From Deltaproteobacteria bacterium (GTDB lineage: Bacteria > SAR324 > NAC60-12), in NCBI GenBank assembly GCA_038150265.1, contig JAYOTF010000034.1:1-30996 (forward strand): a DNA stretch of 30,996 bases. The letters are read 5' to 3'. The notes beneath the pieces are model-generated. The model searched no databases and was not told the DNA's origin. It saw only the letters and a list, made by a program, of their open reading frames with translations. This document shows, one piece after another, positions 9,401 to 15,371 of the stretch. The stretch's first letter is position 1. Each line of letters starts with the position of its first letter. Position numbers and translations under genes: made by a program.

Positions 9401-10457
9401 CGATCTGCACTTCGAGACAACAGGGCAGGATAACTACACGGTCACGGTCCAAGGCTCATCAATCGTAGTGACAGCAACTCCCACCGGAACCTGGGGCACG
9501 CCTCAGACGGTGGTCGTGACGGCGGTCGATGACAACCGGTCCGATGGCGACCAGACGGCGACGTTGACGCTTTCGGAAGCCAACGGCGGGGTGGACAACG
9601 CCACGGTGTCCGTGACCACGGTGGATGATGAACCGGCTGCAGGAGTGGTCTACAGCTGGCTCAACAGCGACAACTTCACGGCTGAAGGGGGGCAAGCCGC
9701 CGAGCTGCTCATCAACCTGACCAGCTCACCCTTCAATCAGGGGACAGGTGCCGGAGACAACGCGACGGTGTTCCTCAACGTCCGTGGCAAGGACAACCAC
9801 TCGGTGTCCTTCAGCTCCGATAACCTGACCTTCACGTCGACCGACTGGAGCACGCAGCAGACGGTGACAGTGACCGCCGTAGACGATCACTACGATGAAG
9901 GGGTGAATGGCTCCGATAATCAGAGTTACCAGATCTACATCGACAATGTCACCAGCGGCGACTCCGTCTATGCGGCTGTGACCGCCTTCACGGGTCCGGA
10001 TAAGGCGACGGTTGTTGTTGAGGACAATGACCTGGCTGGCATCGGTGTGGAACTGATTGCCAACCAGTCGGATAACACGACCTTTGCCCTCAACGTCTTC
10101 CTCCTGTCGCAGCCGACGGATAACGGGACGGTTACGGTCAGCTTGACTGGGTTCGGAGCCAACACGCGCTTTGACAATGCCAGCGACCTGACAACGGCTG
10201 CGGCGACTCGGGACTTGACCCTGACCTGGGCCGACAACGCCACCGTTTATCTGACCAATACCAGTCAGAATCTGGATAACGAGTCCGATGACGATGACGG
10301 CATCAGTGACGGCTGGACGCTCTTCAGCTTCTCCGGGACGGCCACAGCCGGTGATGCAAACTACAATGGCAAGCAGATCGCCAAGACGCTGATCCGGGAC
10401 GTGAACACCGGCGCCATCTACACGGACTTTGACAATGGAACCTCTTTGCCGAAGTAA
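3..10457 (+). CDS. Giant repetitive surface protein/adhesin, 5'-partial (>3480 aa), ~25 tandem Calx-beta/cadherin-like modules, D/N/T/S/V-rich
   Basis: The frame is open from base 3 (NDTAGVVVVGYDNSSSEAGTDNGSLVLRLQ), so the GTG at 78 is internal and the true start lies upstream of the window. Modules recur as E.GD..T..V.L.S.P...V...LTF...NW...Q.V.V...DD..DEG...DNQTF and end in DND(T/S)xG. This resembles Calx-beta-like Ca-binding beta-sandwich repeats of large secreted proteins. Stop TAA at 10455-10457. Confidence 0.85.
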   Translation, partial: NDTAGVVVVGYDNSSSEAGTDNGSLVLRLQSRPFDNVTVYLQQSGGAQLGLVLSPANLTFTNSTNHWNTAQTVQVTSVDDSVDEGRRGVDNQTFALSLDNITVTSGVTEDAKFVDNVSATGKLVGLSGALVDNLTALSLDNDTARVRVTVTDAAAAESGDNATISVRLESEPYDNVTLSVQDNSTLTLIGLQATDPTTLTFGPGNWSTAQTFTLVPEDDAYDEGAFGPDNQSFLISLNTVTSGDALYNGDNATRYSDNVTIQVEDNDTAGVVVVGYDNSSSEAGTDNGSLVLRLQSRPFGSVTVNLQVLAPRADHALTLTPDNLTFTNSTGNWNTAQTVQVTSVDDSVDEGAYGLDNQTFALALDNLTADNASDAKFVDTVSATGKLVGLSGALVDNLTALSLDNDTMGIVVVATDNASSESGTLGTLLVRLRSRPYDTLTLDLEADNGTRSFFDGSSVVTGLRLSLDNTSFSQSGVSLSFDNGTDNWSTAQTIWVQSIDDSVDEGVSDNQTFHFWLRQTTSNASEDHLYDNNTLAQQNLNLNVLGALTDNLSLVSTDNDSVGIRLAYGTNPGDNVSTEAGDNGSFTVYLSSRPLDNVTLFFSDNDTTGLSLGLTFTPDNLTFTGAGDNWTTAQSITFGSQPDSVDEGAQGPDNQTFTAWVSQVSSADALYNGDNGTAVSDNLTGLVSTDNDTVGVLVSISDNVSTEAGDNATFTVRLQSQPYDTVTLRVQGDNATSANGDSLGIWVTPDNLTFARNNWTQPQTVTVVSWDDLVDEGLWGADNQTFLVTLVSSSDNYSATGMLYDNLTATRLILGGNEVDNLSFVSTDNDSAGIRLAYGTNSGDNVSTEAGDTGSFTVRLNSRPLDNVTLSFSDNDSSGLSLGLSISTQLTFTGISDNWSQPQAVSFSAHEDAYDEGAWGADNQTFTVSVVNIASADARYNGDNASQVSDNLTGLVATDNDSAGVVAVLDNTSKESGDNGTLTVRLRSRPFDNLTVAFWADNASGRGVFLSPDRLAFDNGTWNTLQTIQVVSNDDQVDEGTQGPGDNQTFAVRLDAITVDNATWDALYDTTTVAFLNLGSLKDAYDNNTFLVASEDNDTAGLNVTASDLVVREDHTDNATLTVTLNSEPDDNVTVSFNSDNVTYGGAAFPETLTFGPGNWSAARTVTIVATDDSVDDGRDLTGDNTTFVIRLDNTSSAGDSKYALGSVVLTGTETDNLTFTAIDNDTVGIRLVATDNTTSEDGTDNGTLTVILNSQPWPGETVTVTLKGVGSDNLIATNTSYGLRLNSSEQPVLTFDNSSWNSAQTLTVSAFDDQVDEGSVGPDNQTFTVGVLSSASTLGAGTKYDSDNLTTTYGGTMTSADYWVEDNDTRGLQITIAGNPFNLDNSTLQVFDNGTSSPYRVREDQSDNLTVTVVLNSKPTGNVNLNFEVVDNATYQANDATGNPEISLDTYSLTFRTTNWSTPQTVIASANDESFDLDNKSLVVAFSSSGGTGSLYGGNDGLQGEIHLIKVDNDTSSVVLTTPDNATSEDNASNTGTVQIALTSRPLYDMVVKLQSDNTTAGVVFPGDNDTVVFSSDNWTARTLTFQAVDDDLDEEARGADNQTFHLSILRICSNTAAVNSNKDSSTTTLLKQVNEEAGYSCTSDATDKYSALQSVDSYTDNVSVWAEDNDTAQVLWTLVGGDNATSEDNASNTAVISVVLKSQPYDNTTVTLLSSDNVTGFTLSGTELVFAPDQWNTTQSVTLTAVDDAYDEGAWGFDNQTFRIFVDNVTSTDGLYDLSTALGNGEDLLAADNGSGTAVLGQDNFSIAVLDNDSAGVVVVLDNTSRESGDNGTLTVRLRSRPFDNVTVVFTADNASGLGVYLSPDNLTFGSDNASGRAWNQSQVIQVVSHVDHVDEGTQGRGDNQTFAVTYDSTAVADASADGLYDNTTLAFLNLGSLKAAYDNNTFLVASEDNDTAGYRLAYGDNVSTEAGDTGSFTVQLTSRPLDNVTLVFSDNDTSGLGLGLTFVPDNLTFDNSTDNWSTALTVSFQATDDAYDEGAWGVDNQTFTAFVSSVTSVDPFYNGDNASNQADNLTGLVATDNDSAGVVAVLDNTSKESGDNGTLTVRLRSRPFDNLTVAFWADNASGRGVFLSPASLSFTDNATSWQTDQVIQVVSNDDQVDEGDQGVDNQSFAARLDAITVDNQLDPLYGDTTVAFLNLGGLKEAYDNNTFLVASLDNDTAQVQLVSLGNNSTNEDLSDNDTFSIVLTAQPRGTVTVHLLSSDNATGGDVLPDNRSLTFSGTNWSQAQTVTVTAAQDFIDEGLQTTFDISIDNVTSDNASDMYAQTALLDNKSLFSGGTDSLTLTAVDNDTIGITLTRVGGDNTTSEGGDNATFTVTLNSEPRGNVTLTLGDNDTSGRNLGLALSPDNLTFTSSDWNTPQTVTVSAQDDSVDEGVRGPDNQTFLVSVTSLSGPSGYEYESLSYFTARGGQADNLTFLAEDNDTAAVRWKLVDGSATEAGDQASILVYLTSAPTDGDNATAVDNVTVNLSSSDNTTGFNLVWNGTSALTQALTFDSSANNWSTGQTVTLVAVDDAYDEGALGADNQSFLIQLVSTSSADALYDNASRPLEGDNGTGTFTAGLDNFTIQVLDNDTAGLVLTVNASDNASKESGDNGTIQVRLQSRPWDNVTTTWTADNATVTLADGTEVPTGLFLSPTTLTFGTDNWSSVQTLTVASYVDHLSEGAPGVDNQTFNVWLVASDNTSSQDGLYDNNSLGLSLGGALVDNVSMASLDNDSAGVLWSFTDNFTREDNATDNGTFVIRLRSRPHDNLTVALRVQNILAEDGSDPVDTEVTFDNTTVAFSTVAQFTSSNWNQDQTVTFWAIDDNVDENTLGPDNHTVTLFVDNVTADNASTDEHYVYDAVNNRSFGVDNLTAEVADNDTAGIALSWATDNQTTEAGGTATVSVRLKSRPFLSDGSSITALLKINGGLQGNAYLRRPANATLLSLGPNLGDSFKDGDLGFYGYVELPVLTWNSFSSPQTIVGLDNLIDDGDQVSKVSASVNLAVSSTNFNKTDPIYASLIGDNVSSELTFTNVDNETTLAMVLSKTSVSPSENGTTDNFTVVLNQRPGDNLTVTFSDNFTYSNEIGGLSDLHFETTGQDNYTVTVQGSSIVVTATPTGTWGTPQTVVVTAVDDNRSDGDQTATLTLSEANGGVDNATVSVTTVDDEPAAGVVYSWLNSDNFTAEGGQAAELLINLTSSPFNQGTGAGDNATVFLNVRGKDNHSVSFSSDNLTFTSTDWSTQQTVTVTAVDDHYDEGVNGSDNQSYQIYIDNVTSGDSVYAAVTAFTGPDKATVVVEDNDLAGIGVELIANQSDNTTFALNVFLLSQPTDNGTVTVSLTGFGANTRFDNASDLTTAAATRDLTLTWADNATVYLTNTSQNLDNESDDDDGISDGWTLFSFSGTATAGDANYNGKQIAKTLIRDVNTGAIYTDFDNGTSLPK
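2850..3034 (+). repeat. 185-bp exact direct repeat, copy 1 (copy 2 at 6222-6406)
   Basis: Base-by-base comparison shows identity from gacaacctgacggggctggtcgcc to ggcgtcttcctgag. The tract spans a module boundary. Confidence 0.92.
6222..6406 (+). repeat. 185-bp exact direct repeat, copy 2 (copy 1 at 2850-3034)
   Basis: Identical to 2850-3034 at offset 3372. A third, diverged copy lies at about 5440-5600. Confidence 0.92.
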
Positions 10458-10460
10458 GCG

Positions 10461-11321
10461 ATGATGCGTTGGATTGGACTCTTTCTGCTCGCCGTGGGGT
10501 TGGGGGCTGGAGCGTGGTGGTACCTGGTGCCACCAACGTTTGAACTCCAGGTCACGGTTCTGGATGCCACCACCGGCGAGGCGCCGGATGAAACAGGTCC
10601 GGATGTGGCTCAGTTTCAGGTCCGGCTCTCCAAAAACCCCCGGGCGTCGGTGACCCTGCAGCTCACGAGCTCCGACCCGGAGCAGGGGACCCCGGAACGC
10701 TCGACCCTCACCTTTACCGAGGACAACTGGGACCGTCCGCAAACGGTCACCGTCCTGGGAACGGATGAGTTTCTCGACGATGGCGATGTGTCCTATCAGG
10801 TGCGGCTCTTCTGGGAAGATCCAGGCACCGACCGCAAGGCTGAGGCGGTGGTGGACCTGCTGGGACTGGATGACGACGAGAAGCAGATCCTCATTGGCTT
10901 CCTGCCCTCGTCTCAGCCGGACGAGGCGCGTCTGCAGGTGAGTTTGGCCACGCAGCCCGTCACCCCGGTGGAGCTGTGGGTCAGGGGCGGCGAGTCGAGC
11001 TGGAAGCACACTGGCCTCACGGGGCAGGAAGACGCCTTCCGAGCCGTCGCGTCTCCAGGCGTGCTTCAGTTTGATGCCAGCAACTGGCAGATCCCGCAGG
11101 TGGTGACCCTTCGGTCCCGAACGGGGTCGCTGGCCACGACAACCGACGCCGAAGCCCGCCAGAACTACGACTGGGTCATCCGCAGCCGCTCCGTGCAGCT
11201 GGAGTGGCTCAAGGTCGTGGTCCTTCAGCCTCATGACTCGGGGGATTACCGCAACTACAGCCACTCGGTGTTGCTCAATCCCAGCCGTTGCCTCCGCTGC
11301 AACCGCCCCCCTGCTTCCTGA
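10461..11321 (+). CDS. Membrane-anchored or secreted protein with about two Calx-beta-like modules, related to the upstream giant protein
   Basis: N-terminal hydrophobic segment (MRWIGLFLLAVGLGAGAWWYLV). It shares module motifs with the giant protein: FQVRLSKNP, LTFTEDNWDRPQTVTVLGTDEFLDDGD, LQFDASNWQIPQVVTL. It begins 3 nt after the giant gene stop. The start is ATG 10461 or ATG 10464. Confidence 0.75.
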   Translation: MMRWIGLFLLAVGLGAGAWWYLVPPTFELQVTVLDATTGEAPDETGPDVAQFQVRLSKNPRASVTLQLTSSDPEQGTPERSTLTFTEDNWDRPQTVTVLGTDEFLDDGDVSYQVRLFWEDPGTDRKAEAVVDLLGLDDDEKQILIGFLPSSQPDEARLQVSLATQPVTPVELWVRGGESSWKHTGLTGQEDAFRAVASPGVLQFDASNWQIPQVVTLRSRTGSLATTTDAEARQNYDWVIRSRSVQLEWLKVVVLQPHDSGDYRNYSHSVLLNPSRCLRCNRPPAS

Positions 11322-11606
11322 CCCCTTCCCTTTTCATTCTCCAGAGACCGGACGGTCCGGCCACGATTTCGCACAGCTCAGCGCCGGCTGACGGCGGCCC
11401 TGACGCGACTCCTGATCGTTGGCAAAAGGAGCGCGAGGGTCCGGCGTCCGCCTCCCCCGGTGAGCCGCCCCCGGTTGGATCACTCTGAGGTCGAGGCGCC
11501 CCAAAAATCCTTTCAGAAAAGCTCGTCATTATTCCTCCAAAAAACGTGTTCAGTTGCAGGTTCCTCCCCCCAATCCCGGGAACTTGTCGTAAATCTCAAA
11601 TTTTTA

Positions 11607-11635
11607 TTGACACCATCCAAATCGACCTCTAACGT
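11607..11635 (+). promoter_or_regulatory. sigma70-type promoter for the agl/glg operon
   Basis: Perfect -35 TTGACA (11607-11612), 17-bp spacer, -10 TAACGT (11630-11635), with an AT-rich UP-like tract upstream (aaatttttat). Confidence 0.75.
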
Positions 11636-11661
11636 TAATTCCCAGACCCTTTCCCCTCCTT

Positions 11662-11679
11662 ATCCAAAACGTTTTGGAT
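11662..11679. promoter_or_regulatory. LacI/GalR-family operator (AglR-like)
   Basis: Perfect 18-bp palindrome ATCCAAAACGTTTTGGAT with the central CG and AAAnCGnTTT core typical of LacI-family sites. It lies ~20 nt downstream of the predicted TSS of a sugar operon. Confidence 0.75.
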
Positions 11680-11747
11680 GTGAAGGTGGAAGGGCCCCGG
11701 ACTGCAGAGGGCAGGGTCGGGATTCGTTCAACAAACGGGAGATCGAG

Positions 11748-13067
11748 ATGAAGAAATTGATGAAGTCGATGCTGGCCGCTGTGGCCACGGTGGCTTTGAC
11801 CTCCGTTGCTTTGGCCGGAGGACATGGAGGTTACAAGGGACCCGACCTGACGGGGCAGACGGTGACCATTGCTGGTCCGTGGCTGACGGCAGACGAAGCG
11901 AGCTTTGACAAGGTGATTGCCGCATTTGAAAAAGCAACGGGGGCGAAGGTGGAGTACAGTGGCTCCGACAGCTTTGAGCAGCAGATTGTGATCGACATCA
12001 AGGCCGGAAGCCCGCCGAACATTGCCGCCTTCCCGCAGCCGGGACTGGCGGCCAACATGGCGGCGATTGACGGACTGGTGCCGCTGGGCAACGACGCGGC
12101 ACAGTGGGTCCGGGACAACTACGCAGCCGGGCAGTCCTGGGTGGACCTGGGCACGTACCAGAACAAGGCGGGTCAGGACCAGTTCTACGGCTTCTTCTAC
12201 AACGTCAACGTCAAGTCTCTCGTCTGGTACGTTCCGGAGAACTTTGAAGCCGCTGGCTACGAAGTCCCGAAGACGATGGAAGACCTGATTGCCCTCAGTG
12301 ACCAGATCGTCAAGGACGGTGGCACCCCGTGGTGCATCGGCCTGGGTTCTGGAGATGCCACGGGCTGGCCGGCAACCGACTGGGTGGAAGACATCATGCT
12401 GCGCACGCAGACTCCGGACGTCTATGACGGTTGGGTGACCAACAGCGTCAAGTTCAACGACCCCCGTGTCGTCAACGCCATTGAGACCTTCGGGAAGTTT
12501 GCCAAGAACGATGACTACGTGGAAGGCGGCTCCCGTGCCGTGGGCGCCACCGACTTCCGGGACAGCCCCAAGGGTCTGTTCTCGGTTCCGCCGAAGTGCT
12601 ACATGCACCGCCAGGCCAGCTTCATCCCAGCCTTCTTCCCGGAAGGGGTGGAAGTGGGAACCGACGCGGACTTCTTCTACTTCCCGCCGTTTGCCGCCAA
12701 GGCTGCCGAGCTCGGCAATCCGGTCCTCGGAGGCGGAACCCTGCTGGCCATCACCAAGGACAGCGAAGCGACCCGCGAGTTCATGCGCTACCTCCAGCAC
12801 CCGATGTCTCATGAGATCTGGATGGCGGAAGGCGCGTTCCTGACCCCGCACAAGGGGGTGGATGTGGCCAAGTATCCGAATGCGACTCAGCGCAAGACCG
12901 GTGAGATTCTGCTGAATGCCACCACCTTCCGCTTCGATGGATCGGACCTGATGCCGGGAGCCATTGGGGCCGGCGCCTTCTGGAGCCAGATGGTCTTCTA
13001 CGTCAGCGGCGCCTCCGCTCAGAAGGCTGCGGATAACATCCAGAACACCTGGGACTCCATCAAGTAA
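11748..13067 (+). CDS. aglE: Alpha-glucoside ABC transporter substrate-binding protein
   Basis: Start reassigned to ATG 11748 (RBS GGGAG at 11737-11741), giving signal peptide MKKLMKSMLAAVATVALTSVALA. Motifs GSPPNIAAFPQPG, KSLVWY, PWCIGLGSGDATGWPATDW, CYMHRQASFI and FRFDGSDLMPG match the AglE family. Confidence 0.88.
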   Translation: MKKLMKSMLAAVATVALTSVALAGGHGGYKGPDLTGQTVTIAGPWLTADEASFDKVIAAFEKATGAKVEYSGSDSFEQQIVIDIKAGSPPNIAAFPQPGLAANMAAIDGLVPLGNDAAQWVRDNYAAGQSWVDLGTYQNKAGQDQFYGFFYNVNVKSLVWYVPENFEAAGYEVPKTMEDLIALSDQIVKDGGTPWCIGLGSGDATGWPATDWVEDIMLRTQTPDVYDGWVTNSVKFNDPRVVNAIETFGKFAKNDDYVEGGSRAVGATDFRDSPKGLFSVPPKCYMHRQASFIPAFFPEGVEVGTDADFFYFPPFAAKAAELGNPVLGGGTLLAITKDSEATREFMRYLQHPMSHEIWMAEGAFLTPHKGVDVAKYPNATQRKTGEILLNATTFRFDGSDLMPGAIGAGAFWSQMVFYVSGASAQKAADNIQNTWDSIK

Positions 13068-13094
13068 TCCCAGAGCCATCCCTTCTTGAGTACC

Positions 13095-13114
13095 AACCGG
13101 GCTTCGGCCCGGTT
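13095..13114 (+). terminator. Intercistronic hairpin after aglE (mRNA stabiliser or partial terminator)
   Basis: AACCGGGC-TTCG-GCCCGGTT is an 8-bp stem with a C(UUCG)G tetraloop and only a weak pyrimidine tail. Confidence 0.65.
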
Positions 13115-13144
13115 CCTTCCCATGATCCCTTCAGGAGAAAAATC

Positions 13145-14158
13145 ATGGCCGATCAGATTCTGAGCGCGTTTACGGCCGTTTTCTTAGGTGTGGGAGCCTG
13201 CCTGTTTTACTTTTGGGGCAGCAACTTCCTGCTGGACCGCCTCCTGGCCGACCGGTCTGGCGCAGGCGGACACGTCATCAGCCGTGACGCGCAGCGCGAT
13301 GCCATTCGCCCCTGGCTCTTCATCCTTCCGGCAGCGTCCATCCTGTTCGTTTACCTCATCTACCCCGTTTATGAAACCGTTCGCCTGAGCTTCTACGACT
13401 CCATCGGAGAGAACTTCGTGGGGTGGAGCAACTACTCCTGGGCGGTCAGCAATCCCCAGCTGGTACAGGCCATTGGCAACAATGCCCTCTGGCTGGTGGT
13501 GGTGCCGTCGCTGAGTGTGGCCTTTGGACTGCTGGTGGCAGTTCTGGCGGACCGTGTCTGGTGGGGAACAGCAGCCAAGTCACTGATCTTCATGCCCATG
13601 GCGATCAGCTTTGTCGGAGCAAGTGTGATCTGGAAATTCGTGTACGACTACCGGGCGGCAGGGAGCGACCAGATTGGCATCCTCAACGCTGTGGTGGTGG
13701 CCCTCGGAGGCGAGCCCCAGACCTGGATCAGCCTGCCGTTCTGGAACAACCTCTTCCTGATGGTCATCCTCGTCTGGATCCAGACGGGCTTTGCCATGGT
13801 CATCTTCAGTGCGGCCCTGCGTGGGGTTCCGGAAGAGACCCTGGAGGCGGCTCGCATTGATGGCGCCAACGAGGTGCAGATCTTCTTCAAGATCATGATC
13901 CCGCAGATCATGAGCACCATTGTGGTGGTCTGGACCACCATCACCATCATTGTCCTCAAGATCTTTGACATCGTGCTTGCCATGACCAATGGGCAGTGGG
14001 GAACCGAAGTGCTGGCCAACATGATGTACAACTGGATGTTCCGGGGCGGAGGCGATTCCGGACGGAGCAGCACCATTGCCATTTTCATCATGATTGCCGT
14101 CATTCCGATCATGATCTGGAACATCAAGAAATTCCGTGAAGAGGAGAAGGCCCGATGA
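13145..14158 (+). CDS. aglF: Alpha-glucoside ABC transporter permease
   Basis: Multiple TM segments, EAA loop ([14 protein letters not shown]), [29 protein letters not shown] upstream. Confidence 0.88.
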   Translation: MADQILSAFTAVFLGVGACLFYFWGSNFLLDRLLADRSGAGGHVISRDAQRDAIRPWLFILPAASILFVYLIYPVYETVRLSFYDSIGENFVGWSNYSWAVSNPQLVQAIGNNALWLVVVPSLSVAFGLLVAVLADRVWWGTAAKSLIFMPMAISFVGASVIWKFVYDYRAAGSDQIGILNAVVVALGGEPQTWISLPFWNNLFLMVILVWIQTGFAMVIFSAALRGVPEETLEAARIDGANEVQIFFKIMIPQIMSTIVVVWTTITIIVLKIFDIVLAMTNGQWGTEVLANMMYNWMFRGGGDSGRSSTIAIFIMIAVIPIMIWNIKKFREEEKAR

Positions 14159-15306
14159 AGATTCCTGTCCTCAAGATGACCCCCGGACGCCTGCTCACGC
14201 ACATCGGACTCCTGACCCTGGTCCTGATGTGGATCCTCCCCACCGTGGGCCTGCTGGTCAGCTCCTTCCGAGACAAGGATCAGCTTGCAGCAACCGGTTG
14301 GTGGACGGCGCTTTCCACGTCTCAGCAAAATGGCCAGGGCCGCACGGCTGCCGCAGACGAAATGGTGGCAGCAAACGGGCAGTACGTCATCTCCGGCAAC
14401 CTGCTCGAAAAACCGGGCCAGACGATCCTGACCTTCAACACCAACTTCCGGGACCTCAGCGCCTACCAGGCTGGGGAAACCATGGCGCTGAAGGACGGCA
14501 GCCGCCTCACGGTGGAAGCCGACGGCGCCTACCGCTGGGAGGCGGACCAGCCCATTGAGGCCAAACGCGGAAAGCGGATCTTCTTTGTCGCAGAGACGCC
14601 GCCGATGTTTACGATCTCCAACTACATTGAGGTCCTCAACTCCGAAGGCATCGGCCAGTCGTTCATCAACACCTTCGTGGTCACCATTCCGGCCACCATC
14701 ATTCCGATTGCCATTGCCGCCTTTGCCGCCTATGCCTTTGCGTGGATGGAGTTTCCCGGAAGGCAGGTGCTGTTTGTCGTGGTGGTGGGCCTGCTGGTGG
14801 TGCCGCTGCAGATGTCACTGATTCCTCTGCTGCGCATGTACAACACGATCGGGGAGTTCTTTGACGCGGCCTCGAAGTCGTATCCCGGCATCTGGCTCGC
14901 ACACACCGGGTTTGGCCTGCCGATGGCCATTTACTTGCTTCGGAACTACATGGGCACCTTGCCCAAGGACATCATTGAGTCTGCCCGGATGGACGGTGCC
15001 ACCCACTTCCAGATCTTCACGAAGCTCGTGGTGCCGCTTTCGGTGCCCGCGCTGGCCTCGTTTACCATCTTCCAGTTCCTCTGGGTGTGGAACGACCTGC
15101 TGGTGGCCCTCGTCTTCCTGGGCAAGTCGGACGATCAGATTGTGCTGACCTCGAAGATGCGCGAGCTACTGGGGTCTCGGGGAGACAACTGGGAAATCCT
15201 CACCAGCAGCGCCTTCATTTCCATCCTGGTGCCCCTCATCGTCTTCTTTGCGCTCCAGCGTTACTTCGTCCGTGGACTGGTGGCCGGTTCCGTGAAGGGG
15301 GGGTGA
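14155..15306 (+). CDS. aglG: Alpha-glucoside ABC transporter permease
   Basis: ATGA overlap with aglF, EAA loop ([13 protein letters not shown]), [34 protein letters not shown], and the large extracytoplasmic insertion typical of AglG. Confidence 0.88.
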   Translation: MKIPVLKMTPGRLLTHIGLLTLVLMWILPTVGLLVSSFRDKDQLAATGWWTALSTSQQNGQGRTAAADEMVAANGQYVISGNLLEKPGQTILTFNTNFRDLSAYQAGETMALKDGSRLTVEADGAYRWEADQPIEAKRGKRIFFVAETPPMFTISNYIEVLNSEGIGQSFINTFVVTIPATIIPIAIAAFAAYAFAWMEFPGRQVLFVVVVGLLVVPLQMSLIPLLRMYNTIGEFFDAASKSYPGIWLAHTGFGLPMAIYLLRNYMGTLPKDIIESARMDGATHFQIFTKLVVPLSVPALASFTIFQFLWVWNDLLVALVFLGKSDDQIVLTSKMRELLGSRGDNWEILTSSAFISILVPLIVFFALQRYFVRGLVAGSVKGG

Positions 15307-15371
15307 TTGCAGAACGCAAGCGGGCGCTCCACCGCCGGGGGCCCGGAATTTCATGACTCGCATTTCTTACG

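Noticed and set aside
1..10457. Repeats considered as a CRISPR array or a DGR template/variable repeat pair
   Set aside because: The repeats are in-frame coding modules of ~400 bp without a repeat-spacer period. Differences are mostly synonymous rather than adenine-specific, and no cas or reverse transcriptase gene is in the window.
11348..11360. Inverted repeat CCGGACGGTCCGG after the small Calx-like gene
   Set aside because: The stem is short with no U-tract, and CCGG words are abundant here, so it is not supportable as a terminator.
11322..11600. Possible small ORF or ncRNA in the intergenic region
   Set aside because: The short ORFs lack an RBS and motifs, only weak hairpins are present, and I recognise no riboswitch or RNA family.
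11460..11747. 96-aa N-terminal extension of aglE in the ORF track
   Set aside because: It overlaps the promoter and operator. The signal peptide and RBS point to ATG 11748. Similar over-extensions were trimmed for amylosucrase, paaB, TetR, paaG and the hydrolase.
5352..13079. Minus-strand ORFs of 443, 337, 512 and 491 aa
   Set aside because: They are antisense to the giant gene, its partner and aglE. Their V/G/R-rich sequence simply mirrors GAC/AAC/ACC codons.
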